Source of the DNA: an uncultured Nitrososphaeraceae archaeon
GTDB lineage: Archaea > Thermoproteota > Nitrososphaeria > Nitrososphaerales > Nitrososphaeraceae
Assembly: GCA_963765895.1 (NCBI GenBank)
Contig: CAVXZB010000084.1
Span: 32,001 to 96,000 of the forward strand
Direction of reading: 5' to 3'
DNA length: 64,000 bases
Part shown: positions 11,664 through 22,798 of the stretch, one piece after another
How the letters are laid out: every line of letters begins with the position of its first letter
Numbering within the stretch: position 1 is the first letter of the stretch
Translations under genes and position numbers: made by a program
The notes under the pieces: model-generated
What the model was told of the DNA's origin: nothing
The model's input: only the letters and a program-made list of their open reading frames with translations
Databases searched by the model: none

Positions 11664-12269
11664 TTTTAATAGTTCATAGTGTCTAATATCGTTTAAATAA
11701 GTTATAAACTAGGAGCGCCTTCATTTCTAGTTTATGATGCAACTCGTCATGAACAATTTTCCGTAGTTTGTATGTTGCTGTCAGTTCCATTTACAATAGC
11801 AGTACAGATATAATTTGCAAGAAATGTTGTAAACCGTCATCCGACATTAATAGAGAATAAAAAGTTTAAAGAAAGGCGAAACGTGCGGTTTGAGCCACTA
11901 TTTTTAGTGCCATTGTAGGATTGGATTACATGCTGAATTAATGCACTTTGGAAGAATTCCAACTGATAGCGAACGGAGGAAGTGGATAGAAGCCGAGGGC
12001 GGCATTGAAGCAGACAAACGGAGATTAGCCGATACTGCAAGGAAGAAAACTCATGGCGAACCCGAAGCCGAGAAACAATAATGAATGACAACAAAATAAA
12101 ATTAATGTCTCTAGTTAGAGAACTTGACGATACTACTAGAAAGGAGTGGCTTATAGTCGAGGATCCCACGGACAACGATAAAGAAGTTATGCGTCTAGAG
12201 TGGAATGACGACCTCACGATCTGGATTGATGCACATCAGGAGCAGGCAAAGGAATAGATCTTGGGCAAC

Positions 12270-12480
12270 TTTCAAGATACGATGAAGCTGTATATTGTTG
12301 TGATAAGGCAATCGAAATAGACTCTAAACAATCTACCATATGGACTAACAAAGGTTATTTCTTACATCAATTGGGGAGAAATAAGGACGCTATAGATTGT
12401 TATAATAGATCGTTAAAATAAATCCAAAGAACAAAGATACGATAGAGTACAAGGATATTGCTATTAAAAGTTTACGCAGA
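12270..12480 (+). pseudogene. TPR-protein fragment
   Basis: YDEAVYCCDKAIEID...WTNKG...LGRNKDAIDCYNRSL. Confidence 0.7.
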
Positions 12481-12851
12481 GGGACAAATACATATAATTC
12501 TAATGGAAAAATAGTACGCTGAGTATTAGTCTAATGCGCGCCCCTTTTTAGTAAGAATCATTGCCCTAAATAAAGGGTCAAGATTGACGTGGGCCCAGAG
12601 GTATGTGAATCATATTTGACTCAAAGTTTGGATTCGGTGGCATCCATTCCGATATCGGTTCGAAGATGGATTCTCTACTTAGTGAAGGAGTTAGTAATGG
12701 TGACATTCGCAATGACAATCCTTGCTGTTACAATAAAGATGGGTATCAAGTTCCTAGGTAAACAGTTTGACAGAGTCTGTAGCGAAGAGGAGAAACCCGT
12801 CTCACTAAGGTCGTAGTAATAGAGTTAAGACAGAGACTTGTTATTTTACAA

Positions 12852-13424
12852 ATGGCAAATAACAAAAGAAAATTAAGACTACAGGTGCAAATGTCCATAG
12901 ATGGCTGCATTGCTGGGCCAAACGGTGAAATGGACTGGATGGTCGGACTCTTGGATGATGAACCCTTAAAATATGTAAGCAAAATAACTGAGTCTGTTGA
13001 CACCATTCTCCTGGGACGGAAAATGACTGATGTCTTCATCTCTTACTGGTTAAATGTGATGAACAAACCTGATGACCGCTGGAATGCGTTCGCTAAAAAG
13101 ATGATAGAAACCCCAAAAGTTGTGTTCACTAAAACACTGAACAAATCTGAGTGGATAAATACAGATATTGCAACAGGCAATCTCATTGAAGTTAACAAGT
13201 TAAAGAGCCAAAACGGCAGGGACATCGTCGTTTATGGTGGTGCCTCATTTGATTCTTCCTTGATTAAAGAAAAACTAGTTGACGAATTTTATTTGTTTAT
13301 TAATCCTGTTGCAATTGGAAACGGTATGACCATATTTAAGGACTTGAACGAGATTCAAAAATACACTCTGATTGAATCAAAAGCGTTTGAATGCGGTATA
13401 GTATTGCTCCGCTATGAGGCATGA
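12852..13424 (+). CDS. Dihydrofolate reductase / RibD C-terminal family protein
   Basis: MSIDGCIAGPNG, LLGRK, YGGASF, VDEFYLFINPV.IGNG. Confidence 0.9.
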   Translation: MANNKRKLRLQVQMSIDGCIAGPNGEMDWMVGLLDDEPLKYVSKITESVDTILLGRKMTDVFISYWLNVMNKPDDRWNAFAKKMIETPKVVFTKTLNKSEWINTDIATGNLIEVNKLKSQNGRDIVVYGGASFDSSLIKEKLVDEFYLFINPVAIGNGMTIFKDLNEIQKYTLIESKAFECGIVLLRYEA

Positions 13425-13634
13425 CAACAATGACGCACTATTGCCTTGGAAAGCCCCATATTGGGGTAATGCAGCAGTAGCAGCAGCAACAGAAAAGAAA
13501 TAAAAGTTAGTTGGCTATTAAATCATCTAGGGCTGCTAGTCATAACGTAATGTGAAGCCAAAATGAAGTACAGCAGTCATATCCTAACGTAGTTTGCCCT
13601 GACGTCGATACTGAAAGAATACTCCAAAATCCCT

Positions 13635-14050
13635 TTATCTATCTACCCATGCGTAAATATTTCTAGGATTTCCCTCAATCGATCTATCAAAGTACTTCCG
13701 AGATTCTTCAGATCTACCTAAATTGTTTAAGGCTGAAGCCTTTCCTTCTAACGCCGAACTATATACCGGATTTATTTCAATTGCCTTATCATAGCATTGT
13801 ATTGCCTCATGGTACCTTTCGAGCTTGTTAAGACTTTTTCCCTTATTATCCCAAAAAAGGGGATATTTGCTATCGAGCTGTATTGCCTTATCATAACATT
13901 CTATCGCCTCTTGATACTTCCTAATATTGTGTAGAGCAACTCCTTTGTTGTTCCATATTTTTTCTATACCTACAACGTGAAACATCTTTGTTGATAGGAC
14001 ATCATCAATGAATTGTATTGCCTTATCATAACATTCTATCGCCTCTTAAT
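13635..14050 (-). pseudogene. TPR-repeat protein fragment
   Basis: WNNKG..L..YQEAIECYDKAI repeats; identical 34-bp segments at 13879-13912 and 14014-14047. Confidence 0.75.
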
Positions 14051-14064
14051 CTTCCATAATGGTC

Positions 14065-14445
14065 TAGTATTCTACCCTTTCCAATTACGCTCCCAAACTA
14101 TTCATACCTTCAACTATATCCATCGAAAGTGGTAACTGTATCAATAATGCTAAAACCTTATCTTCAAGGTTAGTTAGAGAAGAAAAGAACAGTTCTAGTT
14201 CTTTTTCCAGATCCTTTTGTCTCTTATTATAAGTTATAACCTTTGGAAATTTAGCGGTAACTCAAATGATTAGGAACCTTTTTGCACCATTCTTTACCAT
14301 AAATGCATTAGGAATCCTATAAGAAGAAGAATCAATTTCCACACTTGGGAATAATAGCCTAAACCATCTGGAATTATCTAGACTAGGAGGATAAAATGGT
14401 CCTTGCCAGGCTGGATAACTCCATCCAGAGCGAGCCAATGTGGTA
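14065..14445 (-). pseudogene. DUF72-family protein remnant
   Basis: IG(C)SGWSYPAWQGPFYP, VEIDSSSYRIP, TAKFPKVIT across frameshifts. Confidence 0.8.
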
Positions 14446-14526
14446 TTGCAAGTATTGTCAAAAAACTAAAACTGTATAGTTTTGGATAAAGATTGTTAAG
14501 TCTATCTACTAGATACTCGGTAATCT

Positions 14527-14895
14527 TTGTATATTTTGTTTATAACAAACAGAAAAGAAGCAAATGCTATGCCATCAAAAGGAATATTCGGTATTGGAAT
14601 AAGTATTTTCTTTTTAGGACTAATTCTGTGGGGAGGGTGGAATGTATATCAGGGACTACGAAAATCATTTAATGAAGTAAATGTATCTAGTAATAATTTG
14701 GTTAATCAATGCATGAAACAACTGCCAGCAGGCTCAAGTGTTTGCGACCATGAGTTGAGACCTACATTACAACACTCTTGTAACAATGGTATTAGCAACT
14801 TTCTTATGATGAAGAAGCAGGACATTTGCGATGACGGTAAAGTGAATCATTATTATGAACTAAGAGCGGAGTATAGTAAAGCTACAAGAAGATAG
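14527..14895 (+). CDS. Hypothetical membrane-anchored protein with four Cys
   Basis: One TM segment then a Cys-containing domain; likely ATG at ~14569. Confidence 0.6.
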   Translation: MYILFITNRKEANAMPSKGIFGIGISIFFLGLILWGGWNVYQGLRKSFNEVNVSSNNLVNQCMKQLPAGSSVCDHELRPTLQHSCNNGISNFLMMKKQDICDDGKVNHYYELRAEYSKATRR

Positions 14896-15280
14896 TGAGA
14901 AAAGAAAAGAATTCATGGACTTGATTATATGCTGCATAATAAAGATACATTTGAAGATATATCTAAAATTCGCAAACTATATTGGAAGAATAACATGGAC
15001 AAAATCGTGAATTATTTTATGAATATAAAAGACGAAGTAAATTTGGAAAAATTAAGATTTTATTAGCACAACTGCATTTCACTTTTAGTTTCACCCTTTG
15101 GCATTCTTTTCAATAGATGTATAGGATATACATCGAAAAGGTAGCGATTGTATTAGTCATGTTTATGATGTAACCTGAAAGCGAGTCATAAAGAAAATGC
15201 TATATATATTATGCAACGCTATTTGATGTTTCAAATCGTAAGCAGTATACAAAAAAAGAAAAGGTAAGTATATTCGTTAT

Positions 15281-15513
15281 CTATTGACGTTGATCGCTCC
15301 TTTGGGATACTCTGTTGCCATTACCTGAGATTTGAGATCCTTGATCAGAACAGTTTGAACTGCCACCGCACGAGTTTGATTGGCTTAGACTCTGACTGGT
15401 GCTGGTACTGCCACCGTTCCCACCGTGATGATGATGCCCGTGGTGTCCAGCAAATACTGCTCGCAGGAGTTGTAGCTGCTGTAGCGATAAGCATTGCCGT
15501 TACCGCTGCAATT
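15281..15513 (-). pseudogene. Secreted His/Gly/Ser/Gln-rich peptide, 5'-truncated
   Basis: IAAVTAMLIATAATTP(A)AVFAGHHGHHHHGGNGGSTSTSQSLSQSNSCGGSSNCSDQGSQISGNGNRVSQRSDQRQ* after removing 1 nt at 15459-15464. Confidence 0.6.
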
Positions 15514-15768
15514 GGTCTATTAGGCTCAACACTAGGACTATTAACAGGAGTTGCGAGTGCATATTTGCTAACATCTGGTTTACTGGGATCAGGAGGTGGA
15601 GGAGGATCACCAGGATCAGGAGGTGGAGCTGCTCATTTTGCTCCTATCTTCCTTCTGAATGATCTTTTCAATGTATGGTTGCTTTCCCTTTCATTAAGCT
15701 TGGCAGCAGGAGTATATCCTGCTTGGAAGGCATCACGTCTATCTCCACTAGAAGCGCTAAGAATATAG
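15510..15768 (+). pseudogene. ABC/FtsX-type permease C-terminal fragment
   Basis: IGLLGSTLGLLTG...AGVYPAWKASRLSPLEALR. Confidence 0.8.
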
Positions 15769-15854
15769 TGTGACAAAAACAAGCAGATTTTATCCGTCAA
15801 CCACAACATCTATAGTCAAATATTTTTATAAAAGGGTTCTAATACCATTAGCCA

Positions 15855-16046
15855 ATGGCAACTAGAACAACCCTCGCTACAATCATATTCACAGCACTGA
15901 TTGTAGTTTTGGCCTCAGCTATGGCAGTAAGCCTGACCACTCCTTTATCGGCTATGACGATGCAGCAAAGAAATCAAGCAACAATGATGAATAAGAACAT
16001 GTCATTGGGAAATATGACAAGTGACGGCACTAATATGACAAAGTAA
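15855..16046 (+). CDS. Small secreted Met/Asn-rich peptide
   Basis: Signal peptide, then NMS/NMT sequons; T-rich tract after the stop. Confidence 0.6.
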   Translation: MATRTTLATIIFTALIVVLASAMAVSLTTPLSAMTMQQRNQATMMNKNMSLGNMTSDGTNMTK

Positions 16047-16094
16047 ATATTATTTTATTTTCAACATTCTTATTTTTTATATAATACATATTGA

Positions 16095-16583
16095 TCAACC
16101 AATCTCGATGAAGTAATATCAGACATAGTAAACGACTATAGAAACGAAATTGAAAGATCTGATAGCGATGTCAAGTTAATCCATCAAAAAGGTAATGAGA
16201 TTATTCGGATAGAAGTGGATAAGAACCGTCTAAGCCAAGTTATTTCTAATCTAGTAGGCAATGCAGTCAAGTTCACTACGCAAGGTAGTATAACAATTAA
16301 AGCAGAAATAGAGAAAGATGGAGAAGATAATAAGGCTTTAGTAAGTGTAAAGGATACGGGGTCGGGAATAGATCCTGAAATAATGACTAGGCTGTTTACA
16401 AAATTTGTTGCGAAATCTAATGCAGGCACCGGATTAGGATTATTCATCTCAAAGAGCATCATTGAAGCCCATGGAGGCAAGATTTGGGCTTTGAACAATA
16501 CTTCTCTAGATGGAAATGGTAGGAGTATGGGAGCCACCTTTACCTTTAATATATTCTTGAGTAAGTCGAGACAAACTCGTTAA
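16095..16583 (+). pseudogene. Histidine kinase HATPase C-terminal fragment
   Basis: NLVGNAVKFT, DTGSGI, GTGLGLFISKSIIEAHGG; HisKA domain absent. Confidence 0.85.
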
Positions 16584-16591
16584 GAAGAGAT

Positions 16592-17029
16592 ATGATCAAC
16601 AATAACAATAACGACAATAAAAACAATAGAATACTAGTAATAGACGATGAAATGGATATTACAACTGTTTATACCTTGGGTCTTCAGGATAATGGTTTTA
16701 AGGTTGATGCATTTAATGATCCCTTACAAGCATTATCTGATTTCAAGAGCGGCACCTATGACTTTGTGCTTATAGACTATAAAATGCCAAAGATGGATGG
16801 ATCTAAACTATATCAAGAGATACGAAAGATAGATGATAGAGTTAAGATATGCTTTATCACAGCATTTGATGTATATCATGAAGAGCTCAAAAAGAAGTTT
16901 CATACAAGTTCAAATACAAGGTATCAAGATAAAGAAGGAAAAGAAGACTCTGACGTAGAATGCTTTATTCAAAAACCCATTGACATAGACGAGTTGGTAA
17001 AACGAATAAAGGAAGAATTGAATTCATAA
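16592..17029 (+). CDS. Stand-alone response regulator (receiver only)
   Basis: VIDDE, LIDYKMPKMDG, FITA, KP. Confidence 0.9.
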   Translation: MINNNNNDNKNNRILVIDDEMDITTVYTLGLQDNGFKVDAFNDPLQALSDFKSGTYDFVLIDYKMPKMDGSKLYQEIRKIDDRVKICFITAFDVYHEELKKKFHTSSNTRYQDKEGKEDSDVECFIQKPIDIDELVKRIKEELNS

Positions 17030-17093
17030 TTGATATTAATAACAAATGTATTATTTAGTAGCAATAATAACGATATTATTACTATTGGAGTAA

Positions 17094-17513
17094 ATGATAG
17101 TAGTGAGCCATAACAATAATGCTACGACGACGACGACGAGACTATTACTAGTCGACAACGAGCCCGATAACACTTCAGTTTTAAGTATGGGTCTAGAAGA
17201 CGAGGGATACATAGTTGATGCATTTACTGATCCAATACTGGCACTCTCTAATTTTAAGCCTAACTACTATTCTTTGGTAATACTTGATATTAATATGCCT
17301 AAAATGAATGGATATGACTTGTATAAAGAAATAAGGAAATTAGATAATAAAGTAAAGATATGTTTTCTTACTGCTTCTGAATTGTATAATGAGAGCTTAA
17401 GAAGCCAAACAAAAGAGATTCTAGATGAAGTAAAACGTTTTATTTCAAAGCCATTAACCATAGAAGACTTGGTTATAAAAGTAAAGAAAGAGCTAGCCGA
17501 AGATTCACAATAA
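17094..17513 (+). CDS. Stand-alone response regulator (receiver only)
   Basis: LVDNE, ILDINMPKMNG, FLTA, KP. Confidence 0.9.
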   Translation: MIVVSHNNNATTTTTRLLLVDNEPDNTSVLSMGLEDEGYIVDAFTDPILALSNFKPNYYSLVILDINMPKMNGYDLYKEIRKLDNKVKICFLTASELYNESLRSQTKEILDEVKRFISKPLTIEDLVIKVKKELAEDSQ

Positions 17514-18529
17514 GGGCGTATCCGTCTTTACAATGCTAGAGAAATGGGATCAGATGGCCATGATGTTTGTGGTGATGGGCATTTAGAAATGTTAGATATG
17601 GTTTTATTTTATGAAATATTTCAGCTTTTTCTGAATCCCTTTTTGCGTCAATAAGTAGACCCTGAATGTCCTATAAAATATTCGGAATAATTAGTACAAC
17701 TAAGATCTGATACCAGTTCTTACAAATTTTTAAAAGGAGTCTTGTCAGCGGTAAAAGAAACCTAAATGTATAAAGAGCAAATTAAAAAGGCACAGCTCAA
17801 CGATACGACCAATACCAAAAATTATAGAGGAATACATTTACAGAGGCGATCATTTAACTATAATTAGAGTGGATGATAGTAATGGTAAATGAAGTTAACT
17901 AATTTAGCTAACTTTTTGCCATTTTTAGCCGTTAATTAGTTAACTCTTTTAGTATATAACCAGATATTTATAACATTCCTAATTGGGATTGGAGCACGAA
18001 AAATTTATACCAACTCCGGTATATGAACAATTTAGATTATCTCTATTCTTTCCTTACATGGGGGAAGATTATTTACGTCTCAAAAGGATACTCAGTCCGA
18101 TACATATGCATGTCTTTCCCTCTAGTTATTAATCCAGTAGGATAGTAGCTGCCACTATTATCTTTAACCAAATTAATGGGTCCAATAACATACCTTAATA
18201 TCGTGCAATATCCTGTAAGATACACTAAGATCGCTACCAACCTATATGATCGATCAGAACCCAATTTCATTGTTTAATTTTAGGTTCTAATGCTCGTAGG
18301 TGAACCCTTTCCAGACCCATGTAAATTACTTTTTAAATACAGGTGTCCTATAGACTGGTATACTTTGTATCACTTATAACTAACTAACTCACTCACTATT
18401 TGATTCTACTATATTCGACATATAGAAAATTAATGCAGAACTAGCAACTAGCAATACTATATACTCGATTGCGTATTTCTATTATGCCACTCCAATCCGA
18501 CTGTCATGACTAACTGATGACGTAAAGAT

Positions 18530-18645
18530 ATAGTGGCGGGGTGTGGTACCCTGTCGGCTTCGTTCAACGGGCTACTACGGACGATACTGTTGGAGTTGAG
18601 TCCATGTTCATATGTGTAGTAGCGGTGGGGTACCGCGCTCCCTAT
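18530..18645. ncRNA. Candidate structured non-coding RNA
   Basis: GC-rich island with nested complementary pairs 18541-51/18628-38, 18571-78/18616-23, 18579-82/18600-03. Confidence 0.35.
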
Positions 18646-19731
18646 GCTCATAATGGTAAAAAAACGTTAAATAAGTTCCCGTTATTGTCATTCATAAATT
18701 AAATTATAAAAAAAGGGATAGCGGTCCAGCCTAAAGAACTACTTATCCGGTCTTATACCCGATAACAGAAGGTCGAGGGGAATAAGAAACTCTAGCTGTA
18801 TTATTCTTGTTCTAGAATAAAAGCTAAATACTAGATCCGTTATGAAATATCAGCAGCTCGCATTCCAAAACCAACAAAACAAAAGATAGGTACCCCATCA
18901 CGTCCATCTACTGTCATCGGCTACAAACACACTTTCGTTCATATGGTTGTTCATTTGGTTCGTGCGTGATAGGGTACTGCTGTTGTTAGTTATTAGCAAT
19001 GATTTGATACTGTGTTTTTACGCTAGTCCGTCCTACCGGCCGGCTTAGACTATTATTCTTTGACTATTATTCATTCGGTCAGACTATCTCCCAAGCAACT
19101 AATAGAACTACTAAATAGTATTTGGACATTATTTATTCTAAAATGCATGGTGGCGGAAAAGTAAAACCAGAAGTATCTCTGATTAACAATTTTGTACGTA
19201 TGGTAGGGTCGCTCTTGCCAGGTACAAAAAAGAATAGAATAGTAGGTAAGCAAGATGATAAATTCTAGATACCAAACCATTTTTTCTTCTCGGCTTTTGT
19301 GGTATGGACTTTTCTAGGCCTAAGGGTTGTCCTCTAGAACAATAATCGGGAGTCTGTCTATTAACCGTCCTGCTTTTCTTTCTATACTTTTCCAGCTCAA
19401 ATTGCCAGGATCGATTCATATAATTCATATTTCAATTATGGTATAGGGTATAATAGCGTCAAAAGGCTTTCTGAAGAACAATTCTTAATCTTTAAAAATT
19501 GGATTGATTACATCATATAACCATACATGTAGAAACATCACTGTGCCTCTAGTAATTATTCCGAATAAATACCAAACTTCTGTTATGCGTAGTCAAATAT
19601 AGAAATTAATCAGGACCTGCAATAATATAGTTGCACTTTACCTTTCTAGCCTATTATCAAAAACAATGACACAAAAAAAATCCTAGTATTTTAATGCATG
19701 ATTCATGAAGGTAAAAAGATAACGATTCAAG

Positions 19732-19944
19732 TTGGCAAGTGGTTTAATTATGAGCAAAATGATGAGGATTTTAGTTGTAGATGATGAATCTGATATCAGT
19801 ATAACATTCGCGAATGTTCTGGAAGACAACGGATTTGTAGTTGATACGTTTGACGATCCTGGTTTAGCATTGGAACATTTTAAGAAGGATCGCTATGATC
19901 TTTTAATCCTAGATATTTTGACAAAGGATAAAGGGGGATTCTAG
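19732..19944 (+). pseudogene. Truncated response regulator
   Basis: ILVVDDE...LLILDI, then ends. Confidence 0.8.
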
Positions 19945-20006
19945 GAATGAGAATATTTTATTTCTTGATCTTCTTCTAACGCCTTAGATTGAAGATATTC
20001 TATTGC

Positions 20007-20615
20007 TTATCTGAGATTACTGTCATATTTTGGTGCTGAAGCATGAACAGTGTCTCTTGTTGTTTGTTCAAATGTTTTAGCTGTATTAACTGCAATTCTG
20101 GAAAGCTCTTTTGCATCATTTTTCTCACGGTCAATAAATGTTCTGAATGCTCCCATATTTGCAAATATTGCATTGTTTGCTATTCGGGTTGTAGCTATCG
20201 TATTATCTGCACAATTACTCACTGTTCTTGTGTAGATTTCAGTTATTCTTTGTGGAGAAGCCCAATTATCCCAAAATACCGCACGGATATTCTCTACATA
20301 AGGAACCCATATTGACTGAAATGACTTTATAATCTCCTTGTGAGAGTCTAGGTAACTATCTGTAATCTCTTTAGTTGTTTGGAGAGTATGTTCTTGATAA
20401 TCATTAATTGCTTCTGTATTTCGTGGAATCTCTCTTCTTGCTTCATCGATTGTTTTTTTAAGATTATCTTTAGTTTCTTCTATTGCCCTTTCAACTGAGT
20501 GACGTTGCTCTGATAATGATGATGCAGTTGATGTAGCAGTCTCTACTCCTATAGTACCATCTTCAGCGGAAATTCTTGTCGTAGCTTTATCTGATTCTCT
20601 TTTTGTTGACATCAT
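20007..20615 (-). CDS. Helical hypothetical protein
   Basis: 202-aa open frame with amphipathic helical pattern. Confidence 0.7.
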   Translation of the reverse strand: MMSTKRESDKATTRISAEDGTIGVETATSTASSLSEQRHSVERAIEETKDNLKKTIDEARREIPRNTEAINDYQEHTLQTTKEITDSYLDSHKEIIKSFQSIWVPYVENIRAVFWDNWASPQRITEIYTRTVSNCADNTIATTRIANNAIFANMGAFRTFIDREKNDAKELSRIAVNTAKTFEQTTRDTVHASAPKYDSNLR

Positions 20616-21048
20616 AAGCTTCTCATTCTTATATTATTTAAGTGTTGGTAATAAACGGTGTAAAATACCATTAAAGGCCATCAGACATAAAATTAGACAA
20701 ATTGCAGGTTGATTTGATGCAGTTACAACTATGGCATTATTATATTGATATCACTGGTACTATCTCTAGGGTCGTCACAGCCGTCACTGCCATCACCGTC
20801 ATTTTCAGGGGTTGCATTACGGTAATTATAGTGCTCAATATCTGAATATCGGAATTTCAGAATCAATCTTTTTATAAGCTAATATAATTTAGGAAAGATG
20901 ATGCAAGTTCAGGTTCAAGAGCAGAAACAGACATCCAAAGTATAGGATTTTAGACTTTGTATTGAAATCGATATAACTTATTGTAGCTCATATAAGTTGA
21001 CAGATATAAATAAGGAAATAAGGTATTGAATATAGGTGCACATGCCAC

Positions 21049-21984
21049 ATGAGAAGATTTTCTATACTTCATTTTGTAAACATAAAATTAGCTGTATACA
21101 TAGTTGCGATGTTATGCTTGGTTAACGTTGCCACAACTGTAATGAAGCCTATGACTTTAGCAATTGCACAAGATAGCCAGAATCAAACTCATTATCAAAC
21201 TACGAGCAACAACAAAGCTCTCATCGTATCACTATTGGCTAACAATTTAGCAAACCGGCTCAACAAGTCAGGAGCAATCTTAGAAATAACAAGTAAGTTG
21301 TCGGAAGTAAAAAATCATACAGACGCGTCTTCTCTTAACCAGACTTTACATGGGATAGCTGCAGATGTAGATATTCAAAAAAGAAAGATAGCAGGAGATA
21401 TTCTGTCAGCAGACAAGGATTTTGGGGTCATCTTTTTTCTTATGCCTAACGGTTATATGTATATGGCGGAACCATATTCCCGTCAGCTCAACCTCACAAA
21501 AAGCAACTTTGATTTTAGAGATTATTATAAAGGAGCAGTTAGTACACATATGACATATCTCGGCAATGTTATCATTTCTGCTTCTTCAGGTTTTACACAG
21601 GCCAATATTGCAGTCCCAATTTACTCTGAAAATAATAATAATAATAATAATAACAGCAGTAGACCATCTCTTCTGGGCATCTGGGCTGGTGGTTTAAACT
21701 TAGCAGGTTTTAACAAATTGCTACAATCACTTAACCTTACCAATAACGAACATATTGTTTTTGTTGATCACTACGGTCAGAAGATAGCCGATTCAGATAA
21801 AAACCAAGCACTAAAATCAAATCAATCATTTGCTAATTTCCAGAGTTTCAAAAATGCCGTAGCCGGGGAGGCTGGTTCTATCGCAGAAGTAATTAATGGC
21901 ACTAAAGTGCTAGTATCGTATCATCCAGTCAATGCTATTCAGACAAAGTGGGCTATTCTTGATATTCTACGTTTATGGAACTAA
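21049..21984 (+). CDS. Membrane-anchored Cache-domain sensor protein without an output domain
   Basis: N-terminal TM; NFDFRDYYKGA, IAVPIY, FVDHYGQKIADS. Confidence 0.8.
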   Translation: MRRFSILHFVNIKLAVYIVAMLCLVNVATTVMKPMTLAIAQDSQNQTHYQTTSNNKALIVSLLANNLANRLNKSGAILEITSKLSEVKNHTDASSLNQTLHGIAADVDIQKRKIAGDILSADKDFGVIFFLMPNGYMYMAEPYSRQLNLTKSNFDFRDYYKGAVSTHMTYLGNVIISASSGFTQANIAVPIYSENNNNNNNNSSRPSLLGIWAGGLNLAGFNKLLQSLNLTNNEHIVFVDHYGQKIADSDKNQALKSNQSFANFQSFKNAVAGEAGSIAEVINGTKVLVSYHPVNAIQTKWAILDILRLWN

Positions 21985-22127
21985 TACTTTTGCTGCAAAC
22001 TGATATCTCTACTGATAGTTGATCGGTCTACCTTTAATTCCTGTGCTATTTCAGTTTCTGTCATAGACTGTGCTAGTAGGGTTGCAACTTTTCTTCGTCT
22101 ATCTTCAACTTTGAATTTATGCGTCAC
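21981..22127 (-). pseudogene. HTH protein N-terminal fragment (element-associated)
   Basis: MTHKFKVEDRRRKVATLLAQSMTETEIAQELKVDRSTISRDI. Confidence 0.65.
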
Positions 22128-22313
22128 CAAGATTGTTATATGCAATATACTATTAGGGAAGGTTGTGTTTATACATTTTGTAAAAGGAATGCAATATGTT
22201 GAGTATCGACATGATATAACTCTCTCAGGATCCTTGCATGTTGATAGCGGCTGTATCCTTCTAATATGTTAATGATTAGAGCAATTGAAAATGGTGTCCA
22301 TCTAGCGCAGTTA

Positions 22314-22795
22314 TTAAATTTCAATACTATTTACTTTTGCAAATGTAATGTTATGAGATCTAAATACTCCTTTCATTCTCTTGATGAGTCCGATAGCAAT
22401 ATCTTGGTTAGGACCAGTTACGATACACATTTGTGAATTACGATAAGTATTATCTTTCAAGCATAACCAAATCATTAATCTAATGAAGAATTCTGTATCA
22501 CCAAGGCCAGTGGCCATTTTAACTCATAGGTGCTTATGCTTATCATGATGTAATGAATTATTTGTATCTGGAATAAGCAGGTTATCCTACAACGACTTTT
22601 CATAATCAAATATTGGTTTTTCAATTGTCACTTTATATGGTAACCGATGATATGCCTAAAGCAGCAATCTCCATTAGTCCAACATCCTCATGCTTGTGTT
22701 CTTCAATACTCCATATCCAGAAGGGTTTGCCTTGTAGCCTTAAATATCTACGTGTATTTTCTTTTTGCTGCTGCGAAAGTAGCTTTTGTAGGTCT
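22314..22795 (-). pseudogene. Terminase large subunit-like (helicase-fold ATPase) N-terminal remnant
   Basis: LQGKPFWIW..EEHK..., GDCCF.HIIG, KPIFDYEK, VKMATGLGDTEFFIR, MCIVTGPNQDIA across stops and shifts. Confidence 0.65.
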
Positions 22796-22798
22796 TTG

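Noticed and set aside
13879-14047. 34-bp exact direct repeat as CRISPR or DGR template
   Set aside because: Only two copies, both encoding a TPR helix; no cas or reverse-transcriptase gene recognised in the window.
15355-15768. 137-aa ORF as a single gene
   Set aside because: Its 5' half is the antisense of a secreted-peptide remnant; only the 3' half is permease-derived.
18514-18530. CTGATGA as a hammerhead core or C/D box
   Set aside because: No GAAA/stem II or matching D box at suitable spacing.
18715-18782. GATAACAGAAGGTCGAGGG resembles part of tRNA-Ile (possible att site or tRNA remnant)
   Set aside because: Short and mismatched, opposite orientation to the tRNA, no T-loop or acceptor stem.
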